Below are positions 38,001 to 47,016 of a stretch of DNA of 64,000 nt, one piece after another. A model generated the notes under the pieces. The model was given only the letters and a program-made list of their open reading frames with translations. It ran no database searches and was not told the origin of the DNA. The DNA is from a virus. Each line of letters begins with the position of its first letter. Position 1 is the stretch's first letter. The translations under genes and the position numbers were made by a program. Location: positions 1 through 64,000 of IMG/VR virus record IMGVR_UViG_3300045922_000503. One strand, 5' to 3'.

Positions 38001-41000
38001 AACTGGAAGTACCAGGACAACTGGCAGCATGTGAAAGACACCCTCGAGAAGGAAGGCGTGGCCGACGCCGAGGACCTCATCGACCCTGTCACAGGACGGG
38101 TGCTGAAGTCTGTTGGCTTCGGCAACCAGTACATCCTGAAGGCCAAGCAACAGGTGGAGCATAAGTCCTTGGCACGCGGCGTGGGGACGTTCTCTGAGTC
38201 AGGCAGCGTGGTGAAGGGTGACGACGGCGCACAGGCGCTGGGCGAGCTCGGAGTCTACGCGCTCCTGGCGCAGGACGCCCGTGAGTTCCTGCGGGACGCC
38301 CAGCTCAACAAGTCCGAGGACCGCCCCGAAGTGTGGGATGCTCTTCGGCGGGGGTCTCCCATCCCGCCGGCGGTGCAGCCACCTGAGCAGTTCCAACGCT
38401 TCCAGGACTACCTCACCGCCGCCGGCGTTGTCATGGAGCGCAAGGGTGACAAGATGAAGCTCACCCGCCCCGTGACCGATGATGAGGTCAAGGCTACGGC
38501 GCAGACGTTCGGGAAGGACAACGTCCTGACGGAGCCTTGGAAAACGGTTCGGGTCAAAGCCAAGGACAGCGCGGAAGACGGGGTGTCCCGCACCGAAATC
38601 ATGGAGAAAGGAGGGCTATTCGACCCGGACGCTACGGCCGGGTTCCAAGGGACGAAGTGGTCCAGGTTCAGCCTCTCCACGCCCATCCCCAACCCGACTT
38701 ACGAGCAGCCCATCATGGACCTGCTCGGCATGAGCGCCAAAGAATACGAGGATCTCCGTACAGGCGTCCGAGCGGTCGAGGTAGACGGGAAGAAGCTTAC
38801 AGGAGCACGTGCCGTCGACACCCTGCTGAGCAAAGTGAACGTCGACGCCATCGAGGCAGAGACAAAGACTATCTTGGAGCAGAGCAAGGACAAGTCTGAG
38901 AGAAACCGGGCGTACCGGCTCGCCAGAAACATCAAGATGCTCAAGGAGAACAACCTTGACCCGCAGAAGGCGTACATGCGGCAGGAGGTCCTCGTGCTGC
39001 CTGCCCGGATGAGGGGAGTCTCAAAGGACGAATCCACCGGCGATCTGGTCATCGGGGACATCAACTACCTCTACCGGGACATTGCCCTTACTGAGAAGGC
39101 TCTTCGGGATGCCAAGGCTCAGAATCTCCCGGACACGATCATCAGTGAGCTGGAAACGGGGCTCTACGAGGGGGTCCGGGCGCTCAACCAGGTGCAGAAG
39201 TCCGAGCCGCTCAGTCCCGGCTCGACCTACCAGGGCATCTTTGGCATTCTCGCAGGCCGGATCCCGACTGGCGACGGCGGAGAGGTGTCAGACGTCAAGT
39301 CCAGCTTCGCCAAGAAGAACCTACTGGAGCGCCGGCAGGTCATGAGCGCCCGGACCGTCCTGACGCCCAAGGATGACTTGGATATGGACGAGGTAGGTGT
39401 CCCCCGGCGGGTGGCCGCCGCGGTCTTTGAGCCTTTGCTCGAAGCGGAGTTCCACCGGAACCACGACATGCAGTCGACTCGTGGGCGGGAGGAATTCAAG
39501 CAGTTCCGGGATAGACTGCAGGAGTACAAGGCGACCAACACGCCCGACGAGATGATCGACAGGTACCTGGACCGGGTAGTGGCGGACAGGTACGTCGCTG
39601 TGAAGCGGGACCCTGCTCTTCACATGTTCAGCTTTCAAGGGTTCAAGCCCGTGCTCAGCCGGGAGAAGACTGTCAACTTGAACCCCCTCGTGTACGCTGG
39701 CTTCAATGCGGATAACGACGGCGACTCCGTACTTGGTCGGGTGACTTTGTTCATCGGAGACGGCGGCGAAGTCGAGCCTACGACTATGGACATCTCCTGC
39801 TTCCCCCATGTGCCGGGGTCAGAGCGCGTGTCTGAGAAGGGGACGCGGGTCTACGACGTTCCTGCTGGCATCCGGGTGCCTGCTATCCACCCGGATGGAA
39901 CCGAAGTGCTGGCAGAGGTCACAGAGTGGTCTGTCCACGAGGACGTGGACACCTACTTCGTGCGGTTGGCGTCAGGCCGGTCCATGATTGTGTCCGGAGA
40001 CCATAGCCTGTGCACTCTCAGCCTGGACACCATGCAGGTGGAGAAGACTCGGCCCCAGGATGCAGTGGGTCGTGCGGTGCCCGTGCAGGTGCAGTACGAT
40101 TGCGCCAACGGCGCAGAGGAGCACCCGGCGTTCGGTGCGCCGTCGTTCCTTCGCACGGATGAGGACACCGGGTGGCTGATCGGTATCATTCTGTCGCAGG
40201 GATGGATTGGGGCGGACGCCAGAGGGCGGCCTCACCGCATCCAGCTGCCGTGGCACGACGCACAGGCGCCTTCTATCCAGGGTGTCCACGACGACATCAA
40301 GCGTATCGTGAGCACGTACACCCTGAACGCGTTCACCTTCCAGGATGTCAGATGGGCACCACGGGCAGCAGCGGCGAGGCTGGGCGGGTCCAGGGCATTG
40401 ATCCTGGAACCCGACCTGGCGGCTGCGGTGGCTGACGCCGTCCAGTGGCAGCCCGAGGACAGCGCGCGCGGGTATCGCTTGGCCCCGTGGGTGTTTACAG
40501 CTTCACGCTCCTTCCGGCGAGGTCTGCTGTCGGGCATCTTCGACGGCCGGGGGGGCGTCCCCCACGGCGCCCACCGGAAGGATGCAACCAGCCTGCTGAT
40601 CACGATCCCGCCGGACTACCCCGACGCTCCAGGCCTTGCCCGGGACGTCGCGCTCCTCGCGGAGTCACTGGGTGCGGGGGCAACGATGACCAACAATGCC
40701 CGGGGTCAGTACCTGGTCACAATGGCCAACGTCGCCCCAGTCCTCCGCCCACGCCACCCGGAGACGAAGGAACGCGTCGATGTCATTCTGGCGTACAGCC
40801 GAAAGATTCTGGGCGATGCAGACCCCGTTCGCATTCCTGTGCCATCATCCGTCCGTAAGGACCTGATCCACGCTCTGTCCTCCTTGGGGGCTACATCCCC
40901 CCGACGACGAAAGAACGAAGAGGTGTCTGCCGCGGCAGCTATTTGGTACTGGGCGGTCAAGAACCGCACAGCGCAGGGGGGGTGGCCGACCCGGAAGTTT

Positions 41001-43313
41001 CTGGCCGAGCTGTTGGAGTTCTTGCTGGAGCACGCCCAGGAGGACCAGACTGCCCTGCTGAGAGACGCGACCAGGTGGTGTGAGTCGGTGCACCAGTCGT
41101 CTGTCTCATGGGACGAAGTGGTTGAAGTGAAGAGCCTCAACCAGAAGACGACCATGTACGACCTCACTGTTCCCGGGCCGTACACCTTCGCCATGGCGAC
41201 AGGTGCCTACGTATGGGACACGCTGGCCATTTACGCGCCGGTGAGCCCGGAAGCCAACCGGGAGATCCGGGACAAGATGCTGCCCAGCAAGAACCTGTTC
41301 TCTCATGCCAGCCACCAGGTTGAGCACGGTATCAGTCACGAGGCCATCCTGGGCCTCGCGCGCATGACGAAGCCGCCGACGGGAGACATGAGCAAGCCCA
41401 AAGCGAAGTTTGCCAGCGTCGCGGAGGCGGAAAAGGCATTCAACGCCAACGAGATCGATGTTACCGATCCCATCTCTATTGGCGGGCAGAACACGACGCT
41501 TGGGAGGGCGCTTATCAACGCGGCTCTGCCGGCGGGCACCACCTTGGAGAGCCTGCAGGCGGCTGGGGTCATCTCCGCGCAGGGAGACTTCGGCATCGAC
41601 AAGAAGAGCGTGGGGAATATCAACCGCTGGCTCGCTGTTGAGCATCCCAACGCCTATTCCCAGGTGGCCAACACGCTGCGAAAGACTGGGCAGAAGTACG
41701 CCACCCTCACCGGCTCCTCCATCCGGCTCGACGACCTCAAGCCCATCGTGAAGCAGGAGCGGGAAGAGGCTGAACAGGCCATCTTCAAAGCCGTGGCGGA
41801 GATCAACAAGGAGACTGCCCCCAACTCCAAGGAGAGGAAGGACCGAACGGCAGGCGTGTTCTCAGAGTGGATCAACAAGGTCAACGCGTCCGCTAAGCCA
41901 GTCATTCATGCCGCCACGGATAACGTCAACGTCGAGCTGACGGTCACCGGCGCTCGCATCAAGCCTACCCAGCTTCAGCAGGTCATCCAAGCCCCTATGG
42001 CAATGACGGACACCAAGGGGGACGTCATTCCTTCGCCAGTGATGCGCTCATACTCAGAAGGGCTGGATGGCGGTGGGTATATGGCATCCCTGCCTGGAGC
42101 CCGGTCCGGCACGGTCGCGAAGGTCCAGCAGGTGCAGGAGCCCGGCTACCTCACCAAGCAGGTCGTCAACACCGTCATCGACCAGACGGTAGCAGAAGAG
42201 GACTGCGGCACCACCCGAGGGGTGGAAGTTGACCTGAGCAGGCCCAGCCAGGACACAACGAATCGCTACCTCGCTCGCGATGTGCAGGTCGGAGGGACCA
42301 CGTACCCCAGAAACACGCTCCTGACGGAACAGCTCACGTCTGAGATCAGTCGACAGAGCTCTGGCGTTGCCAAGGTGCTCGTCCGGTCCCCGCTCACGTG
42401 CCAGACCAGGGGAGGGGGCGTCTGCCAGAAATGTACAGGTACCTTGCCCGGCGGTAAGGCGATGCCTGTGGGACACAACTTCGGCATCACTTCCGCTCAG
42501 GCCATTGGGGAGCGCTCCACGCAGATGATGCTGAGCCTCTTCCACGAGGGCGGAGTCTTCAACCCTAACGCGGGCACTGGCGCCCGCGATGTCTACAAGC
42601 AGGCGTCTGCTTTTCTTCGGATGCCCAAGGGGATGAACGGGATGGAGGCAGTGGTGAGCGACCGGGACGCTACGGTCACGATGGTCAAGGAGAACAAGTC
42701 CAAGGGAGGCATTGACGTTCACTTCGACTCTGGGCGCCCCATGTTCTTCAAGAACGAAGTGAAGTCTCCATCCGGCGGCGACATTCGAGACTTCCTCTCC
42801 GTGGGCAAGAAGGTGACCAAGGGGGAAATCCTGACTGAAGGCGTCGCCAACCCCAAGGTCTTGTTGGAGGCTACAGGAGACATGGGGAGGGTGCAGAACT
42901 ACATCGTCGACAACCTCGGGGAGCTCTACGCTGGCACGGGGGTCAAGCGACGAAACGTAGAAGCGCTGGTCCGGGGCATCACGGGCACCGTAGAGGTGAC
43001 GAGTGCTGGACGTAGCAACTACATGCCTGGCCAGCGTATCTCTGCGGTCGAAGCGGAGGACATGGCGGCAAAGGACCGTCAATTCAAGTTCAAGCCTGTT
43101 CTCATGGGAGTCGACGTGGCCCCTAAGGAGGCACGAGAGGACTTCCTGGCTCACCTCAACTTCAACGACATCCGCCGGCAGTTGGTCACGGGGGCAGCCA
43201 TCGGCGCGGAGAGCGATCTGCACGGAACTAACCCTATCCCGGGGCTCTTCTATGGTGTAGAGTTCAATCGGCAGTTCCAGTTCGGGCCTGCCTCCACTGA
43301 CGGAACCTACTGA
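35082..43313 (+). CDS. Single-polypeptide fused beta-beta' DNA-directed RNA polymerase, intein-containing
   Basis: beta motifs SQFRRLPG, LDPLHTPES, SLIPF, FEDAIVLS, GDKIFGRHGNKG, LLNPAGVVGRIN, GAQALGE; beta' motifs DINYLYR, KRDPALH, NADNDGD, bridge helix GARSG..GYLTK, trigger loop AQAIGERSTQM, Zn site RSPLTC..CQKC; AGGAGAGG RBS before ATG 35082. Confidence 0.95.
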   Translation: MAPPYDIDDFENTAADPNAGWEGGPPVGMEKVSRTERDNYPRSAPSAMLSDRPMTPQEEERRRIMRSLEDPRDMARDVVNKTVSALDRTFADPISGGRYRVERVGDLIVEDIPDPWDHAAVADTIARDGTYGPLVKGRFRILDTKETDADGNPKVVKEQVINLARVPTPTADRAYVVGGKKRAMMSQFRRLPGVFTRTNAKGETELEANLDPSTSSQLPSFKVVLDRTTNDTATPFKMRIGTMKSGDAWQVAKLLGADAKDLKEAVGEETAAKILKTDSKDRYEREMRKLYGKIHAADRGGMGKTNAKHLPLGEIEADLMKQFTTSYISPEVSKMTLGKETDRVDKDVLLTGFRRLQAVASGDEEEDDRESLALKQVMGPADLIAESVGRSSTVEKNRRAMSSKLRALTFNKDANPNLAQIVGPRFRKAIEAKTSTSMEQRTLDSTTPIDTIAQATTTTILGAGAIGSEQAIPDEAKLLNSGGFGFLDPLHTPESARSGVVLHKPMRTGVKTVETGRASQPTINVLTSEFLDRSGKPLELSSAEVKGKPIGLFDQYDRGEDGKIKPKNLPGGVVKALVDGQVKLVDPKEISVWAQDAGQAFDINSSLIPFANSISGGRVGYSSKQTQQSLPLKYREAPLVQVRAPGSANSMEALLGEEAGAVNSPVDGTIVDIVDTPKKRTVTIKPKDGGKDITLSVPHNIAMPGGSLMDSEMKVKQGDSVSRGQLIADSTFTKDGVMAAGTNLRVAYLPYYTSTFEDAIVLSKSAADKLTSLHMYEEKVRGKGVDLGKSLYVTRTGTPLSKEEDDSIGDDGIVKVGTRVKPGQLLVAGSRSQAMTGSDIETAAALLGLYGTKNKRGVTTRVAEFEQRWDHPVEGTVKRVEPIVKGGKTVGATVYVEAEEPFEVGDKIFGRHGNKGIVTEIIPDDKMPRTKDGKAMDVLLNPAGVVGRINPSQNFENFLGKVAEKKGSPEVVDNWKYQDNWQHVKDTLEKEGVADAEDLIDPVTGRVLKSVGFGNQYILKAKQQVEHKSLARGVGTFSESGSVVKGDDGAQALGELGVYALLAQDAREFLRDAQLNKSEDRPEVWDALRRGSPIPPAVQPPEQFQRFQDYLTAAGVVMERKGDKMKLTRPVTDDEVKATAQTFGKDNVLTEPWKTVRVKAKDSAEDGVSRTEIMEKGGLFDPDATAGFQGTKWSRFSLSTPIPNPTYEQPIMDLLGMSAKEYEDLRTGVRAVEVDGKKLTGARAVDTLLSKVNVDAIEAETKTILEQSKDKSERNRAYRLARNIKMLKENNLDPQKAYMRQEVLVLPARMRGVSKDESTGDLVIGDINYLYRDIALTEKALRDAKAQNLPDTIISELETGLYEGVRALNQVQKSEPLSPGSTYQGIFGILAGRIPTGDGGEVSDVKSSFAKKNLLERRQVMSARTVLTPKDDLDMDEVGVPRRVAAAVFEPLLEAEFHRNHDMQSTRGREEFKQFRDRLQEYKATNTPDEMIDRYLDRVVADRYVAVKRDPALHMFSFQGFKPVLSREKTVNLNPLVYAGFNADNDGDSVLGRVTLFIGDGGEVEPTTMDISCFPHVPGSERVSEKGTRVYDVPAGIRVPAIHPDGTEVLAEVTEWSVHEDVDTYFVRLASGRSMIVSGDHSLCTLSLDTMQVEKTRPQDAVGRAVPVQVQYDCANGAEEHPAFGAPSFLRTDEDTGWLIGIILSQGWIGADARGRPHRIQLPWHDAQAPSIQGVHDDIKRIVSTYTLNAFTFQDVRWAPRAAAARLGGSRALILEPDLAAAVADAVQWQPEDSARGYRLAPWVFTASRSFRRGLLSGIFDGRGGVPHGAHRKDATSLLITIPPDYPDAPGLARDVALLAESLGAGATMTNNARGQYLVTMANVAPVLRPRHPETKERVDVILAYSRKILGDADPVRIPVPSSVRKDLIHALSSLGATSPRRRKNEEVSAAAAIWYWAVKNRTAQGGWPTRKFLAELLEFLLEHAQEDQTALLRDATRWCESVHQSSVSWDEVVEVKSLNQKTTMYDLTVPGPYTFAMATGAYVWDTLAIYAPVSPEANREIRDKMLPSKNLFSHASHQVEHGISHEAILGLARMTKPPTGDMSKPKAKFASVAEAEKAFNANEIDVTDPISIGGQNTTLGRALINAALPAGTTLESLQAAGVISAQGDFGIDKKSVGNINRWLAVEHPNAYSQVANTLRKTGQKYATLTGSSIRLDDLKPIVKQEREEAEQAIFKAVAEINKETAPNSKERKDRTAGVFSEWINKVNASAKPVIHAATDNVNVELTVTGARIKPTQLQQVIQAPMAMTDTKGDVIPSPVMRSYSEGLDGGGYMASLPGARSGTVAKVQQVQEPGYLTKQVVNTVIDQTVAEEDCGTTRGVEVDLSRPSQDTTNRYLARDVQVGGTTYPRNTLLTEQLTSEISRQSSGVAKVLVRSPLTCQTRGGGVCQKCTGTLPGGKAMPVGHNFGITSAQAIGERSTQMMLSLFHEGGVFNPNAGTGARDVYKQASAFLRMPKGMNGMEAVVSDRDATVTMVKENKSKGGIDVHFDSGRPMFFKNEVKSPSGGDIRDFLSVGKKVTKGEILTEGVANPKVLLEATGDMGRVQNYIVDNLGELYAGTGVKRRNVEALVRGITGTVEVTSAGRSNYMPGQRISAVEAEDMAAKDRQFKFKPVLMGVDVAPKEAREDFLAHLNFNDIRRQLVTGAAIGAESDLHGTNPIPGLFYGVEFNRQFQFGPASTDGTY
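39726..41219 (+). mobile_element. Intein (498 aa) with LAGLIDADG-like homing endonuclease region in the RNAP active-site loop
   Basis: Interrupts NADNDGD|TLAIYAP (cf. NADFDGDQMAVHVP); starts SVLG, block B SGDH, LAGLIDADG-like WLIGIILSQG and LLSGIFDGRG, block F/G MYDLTVPGPYTFAMATGAYVWD/T. Confidence 0.9.
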
Positions 43314-43330
43314 CCCGCAAGGAAATCACG

Positions 43331-43966
43331 ATGGGCCCCTGTCTTCGGCGCTATTCCATCCAGAAGGTTTCGTCCTTTCAGGACGCAGCGGGGCTCGGCG
43401 TAGTGGGGGCTGGTGTTGGCGCCCTGTCTGCAGCCAGCTTGCCTTCGGAAACCAACCGTCTTGCAGCGAGCACCCGCGCTGAGTGGCAGCGGGCATCACA
43501 GAGTTTGGATGGCCTGAGGTCAAGCTACTACAGGGATCTGGCAGAGCACGAAAGGGTGAAGCCAGCCGCCCTTCGAGCTTACGAGGACAAGCTCACACAG
43601 GCCACTAGTGATCTCGACGCAGCCAGGCCGCGGGCCATGCAGGAAATCAAGAGGCTGGAGGGGTTCGCATTCTCTCCTAAAGAGAGGGCTCGACGTCTCG
43701 AGGGGATATCAAAAGCTCGGGGCGAAATAGGCGACCTAGTCGCCAGGCAACGCGCTGCAGAAAAGTCCCTGAGGGACGCACGGCTGGCTTTCGATGGTAC
43801 AGAGGCTGTTCTTGCCTCCCGAAAGATGGCGATTCCTACCGCCGAAGCGGCGGTTGAACAGGCTGCGCAAGCGATGCAAAGGTCTCAAATGGCAAGGCGC
43901 GTACGGATCGCCGCTACCGCAGGCAGCACTGGTGCTGCTGTCGGCGCCCTTGGGTTTTCACTATGA
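43331..43966 (+). CDS. Leader-bearing Gly-zipper/coiled-coil protein (MGPCLRRYSIQKVS)
   Basis: Leader motif; hydrophobic ends flanking a coiled coil. Confidence 0.8.
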   Translation: MGPCLRRYSIQKVSSFQDAAGLGVVGAGVGALSAASLPSETNRLAASTRAEWQRASQSLDGLRSSYYRDLAEHERVKPAALRAYEDKLTQATSDLDAARPRAMQEIKRLEGFAFSPKERARRLEGISKARGEIGDLVARQRAAEKSLRDARLAFDGTEAVLASRKMAIPTAEAAVEQAAQAMQRSQMARRVRIAATAGSTGAAVGALGFSL

Positions 43967-43975
43967 CGGTGGCCG

Positions 43976-44230
43976 ATGACCCCCTGTCTACGAGTTTATG
44001 TCATGACCAAGCTCTCCGGCCCGGACGATATCGCTTGGAACGCCATGTCCGGAGCGGTTCTTGGCATGGGCGGCGGACACCGAATCGCACAGGAGGTAGT
44101 GAATCGGATGGGCGCAGACCCGCTCACGCCTTCATTTGCCCGTCGAGCTTCTAGGATTCGCGCAGCAGGGTCGACGCTAGGAGCGCTTGGGCTCGGGGTC
44201 GTGGGGGCAGGAGTGGGGGTGCGCGCATGA
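43976..44230 (+). CDS. Small leader-bearing Gly-zipper protein (MTPCLRVYVMTKLS)
   Basis: Leader motif; two Gly-rich hydrophobic segments. Confidence 0.75.
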   Translation: MTPCLRVYVMTKLSGPDDIAWNAMSGAVLGMGGGHRIAQEVVNRMGADPLTPSFARRASRIRAAGSTLGALGLGVVGAGVGVRA

Positions 44231-44952
44231 GCAATGACACAGACGCCTTCATCGCCTCCGTTCTGCTCCCTACGGGCTTGGCTACATCGACAGGATCGGT
44301 GGGAGGCGCTCTACTCGGAGGAAAGGCTATGGACGCGCTGGCGCGACGCGTCCTTCCCGAAGTCGGAAAAGCAGCTAACGCAGTCACTGCCCAGGTGGAT
44401 GACATCCGGTCGCGCCTGCGGTCCGTAGGCAGCGTGATGGATGATACTGCCAGCGGGCTGGAGTCGTTGTCTCGAGGGGCGGCCAGAGCTCAGCAGGCCG
44501 CGGCGCCGGTGGTGACTGCCATTCACAGACTCCGCGGGAGTGCCCCTCCTGCTCCGGTCCCCTCGTTTGACCCTGCCGTAGACGCTCTTAGGGCTGCCCG
44601 TGCGCAGGTTGGGGGGTACGACGCAGCATTGGGTGCCGCACAGCGCGCCTTGGAGGACACCTTCAGTTCCGAGTCGTTGGGGAGACTCGGTCGCCGGTCT
44701 GTGGTGGGAGGGCGTATTGTCGGGGGAGTCGTTGGGGCGGGCGCGCTGGGGGTGCCGGTAGCCTCCGTCGCTACCGGTCTCTATTTTCTACGGGCCCTAA
44801 GGGATGCCTCTGCCGGATCAGGGAGTCTATCTAATGCAGGCGTGGAGAAAGCCTCTTCCACGGCGCTAACCCGACACATGCTGCGCAAGATGTCCTTCAG
44901 CCCCAAGGAGCGAATCACATGGGGGCGTGGGGAGGGCTACTTTCGGGCCTGA
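44227..44952 (+). CDS. Gly-zipper/coiled-coil protein with leader-like motif at the C-terminus
   Basis: ATGA coupling; EKASSTALTRHMLRKMS near C-terminus. Confidence 0.75.
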   Translation: MSNDTDAFIASVLLPTGLATSTGSVGGALLGGKAMDALARRVLPEVGKAANAVTAQVDDIRSRLRSVGSVMDDTASGLESLSRGAARAQQAAAPVVTAIHRLRGSAPPAPVPSFDPAVDALRAARAQVGGYDAALGAAQRALEDTFSSESLGRLGRRSVVGGRIVGGVVGAGALGVPVASVATGLYFLRALRDASAGSGSLSNAGVEKASSTALTRHMLRKMSFSPKERITWGRGEGYFRA

Positions 44953-45088
44953 CCTTACCTACGTGATGGACTACCTGAGGTAGCGCAGTGAGCGCGGTCA
45001 GCGCAGGTTGTCATCCGCATCTCGAAGTAGTATCCTATCCTAGCGGGTCCCTACTTCTCTTCCATCCGTCACGAGCGAGCTAGGTCAC

Positions 45089-45466
45089 ATGACTCCTTCT
45101 CTCCGTCTCTACACGTTTCAGAAGATGTCGCTCTCCCACGACGTGGTAACTGGAGGATCGATTGGGGGATCGATTGGGCTGGTCGGCGGCGGCCTCGGCG
45201 GGGCACTAATCGGGCAGATCGGGGTGGCCGAGGCTAGAGATAGGTTGCAGCGCAGCGCAGACGAGCTTGCACGGGTAAAAGCTTCTCCTGTCCCTTCTTT
45301 TGCGGCACTAGACTGGGCAAAGAAGGAGCTTATGGACTCTGAAGACTGGCTGAAAACAGCCCGTAGGTATCGACGGGCCGGCATCGGCGCCGCTGGCATT
45401 GGCGCTGGACTCGTGGGCGCCGGCGTGGGCGCCCTAGCGGGCGCCCTTTCTAGGAAAACCCCATGA
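45089..45466 (+). CDS. Leader-bearing Gly-zipper protein (MTPSLRLYTFQKMS)
   Basis: Leader motif; GGSIGGSIGLVGGGLGG and GIGAAGIGAGLVGAGVG. Confidence 0.8.
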   Translation: MTPSLRLYTFQKMSLSHDVVTGGSIGGSIGLVGGGLGGALIGQIGVAEARDRLQRSADELARVKASPVPSFAALDWAKKELMDSEDWLKTARRYRRAGIGAAGIGAGLVGAGVGALAGALSRKTP

Positions 45467-47016
45467 CCTCTGCACTCCAGCGCCACATCCTGGCCAAGCT
45501 CTCCGAGGTGGTCACCGATCTGCAGCCTCATCAGTTGAGAGTTCGGGAGCGCCTTCGTGAGTCCCCAGGGTTGGTCATCGCCCATGGTCTAGGGTCAGGA
45601 AAGACGCTTTCCGCCTTAGCCATCGCGGATGATGTAGGGGGGGACGCCACCTTTATCGTCCCGGCGTCCTTGAAGTCGAACCTGGATAAGGAAAGGCGCA
45701 GGCACCTGCAGGACGAGAACTTCATCGCGGCTATAGACTCACTGCAGCGCACAGGTTTGCAGCGGGGGGACAACCTCCCTGGAGGAGATGTCCTTGTCGT
45801 CGATGAGGCTCACCGCATCCGGGAGCAAGGGGAGGCTCAATCGGCGCTGCGCCGCCGTAGGAGAGACTACCGCAAGGCTGCACTCCTGACCGCCACTCCT
45901 GTGTTCAATCGACCGTCCGACATCGCACCGTTGGTCAACATCGCCGCAGGGTCGCGAATCCTCCCAGAAGGCCAGGAGTTCGACGCGCAGTATGTTAGGG
46001 AGGAGGTCGTCAAGCCTTCTCTTTGGGGTAAAATAAGAGGCGTCGCGCCCGGCACCCGCAAGACCCTGACCAACAGGCAAGATCTCCGGCAGAGGCTTCG
46101 GCAGTGGGTGGACTACCACGCCAACTCGACGGAAGGTTTCCCGGAGCGGGTGGATGAGGAGGTGCTGGTGCCACTGACAGGCAAGCAGCGACAGACCTAC
46201 GACGCCGTCATGGGGCAAGCACCAGCCTGGGTGCAGTACAAGGTCAGAAGTGGGCTTCCGCCATCGAAATCAGAAGCGAAGCAGCTGAACGCATTCCTAT
46301 CTGCAGCGAGACAGACAGCCACATCCGAGTTCGGCTTCAACACGGGTCTGACAGCTGTCGAGGCCGCGCAGCGGTCCGGGAAGATTACGGCAGCAGTCAA
46401 CCGGCTGCAGAAGCAGATCCAAGACGACCCCACTCACAAGTCCGTCATCTACAGCAACTTCCTGGACGCCGGCCTAGAGCCCACCGCCGCCGCGCTAGAC
46501 CAAGCTGGTATTCCTTTTGCCCGGTTCACGGGGAAGGAGAAGCCCAAAGATCGGGATGCTGCAATCAAGGCGTACAACGAAGGAAGGGTCGCAGCCTTGC
46601 TGGTGTCCAGCGCAGGAGGCGAGGGCCTGGACCTCAAGGGAACTCGCTCTATCAAGGTGCTGGAGCCCCACTGGAATGATCCTAAGCTGGACCAGGTGAT
46701 CGGCCGAGGCATCCGGTTCGGTAGCCACGCGCACCTACCGGAGGACCAACGAAACGTGGTGGTAGAGCGGTACCTGTCCCGCAACCCCGATACGCTCGGG
46801 ACTCGAACGGGCAGGTTCTTCCATGGGATCGGGAAGGCGGTCGGCCTCACGTCTGGGGAGTACCGAGGGCCTTTGACTGTTGATCAGTACCTCAGTCAGC
46901 TGAGCGCGGAGAAGAAGGCACTGACAGATGACTTGACTAGCATTCTGGCCGAAGGCACGTCAGACTACGAAAGGTACCGTGCCGCCCGGGCCGCCGTCGA
47001 GAGGGTGTCGCCGTGA
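45463..47016 (+). CDS. SNF2-like superfamily 2 helicase/translocase carrying the leader (MTSALQRHILAKLS)
   Basis: LQPHQ, HGLGSGKT, VVDEAH, LTATP, GGEGLDL, QVIGRGIR. Confidence 0.9.
   Translation: MTSALQRHILAKLSEVVTDLQPHQLRVRERLRESPGLVIAHGLGSGKTLSALAIADDVGGDATFIVPASLKSNLDKERRRHLQDENFIAAIDSLQRTGLQRGDNLPGGDVLVVDEAHRIREQGEAQSALRRRRRDYRKAALLTATPVFNRPSDIAPLVNIAAGSRILPEGQEFDAQYVREEVVKPSLWGKIRGVAPGTRKTLTNRQDLRQRLRQWVDYHANSTEGFPERVDEEVLVPLTGKQRQTYDAVMGQAPAWVQYKVRSGLPPSKSEAKQLNAFLSAARQTATSEFGFNTGLTAVEAAQRSGKITAAVNRLQKQIQDDPTHKSVIYSNFLDAGLEPTAAALDQAGIPFARFTGKEKPKDRDAAIKAYNEGRVAALLVSSAGGEGLDLKGTRSIKVLEPHWNDPKLDQVIGRGIRFGSHAHLPEDQRNVVVERYLSRNPDTLGTRTGRFFHGIGKAVGLTSGEYRGPLTVDQYLSQLSAEKKALTDDLTSILAEGTSDYERYRAARAAVERVSP

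Noticed and set aside
34983-43223. Long antisense ORFs (e.g. 34983..36008, 42054..43223)
   Set aside because: Expected shadow frames of a strongly GC3-biased gene; no recognisable motifs.
35082-43313. Host chromosomal rpoBC locus
   Set aside because: Highly diverged, with no ribosomal protein genes nearby, and surrounded by phage-type genes.
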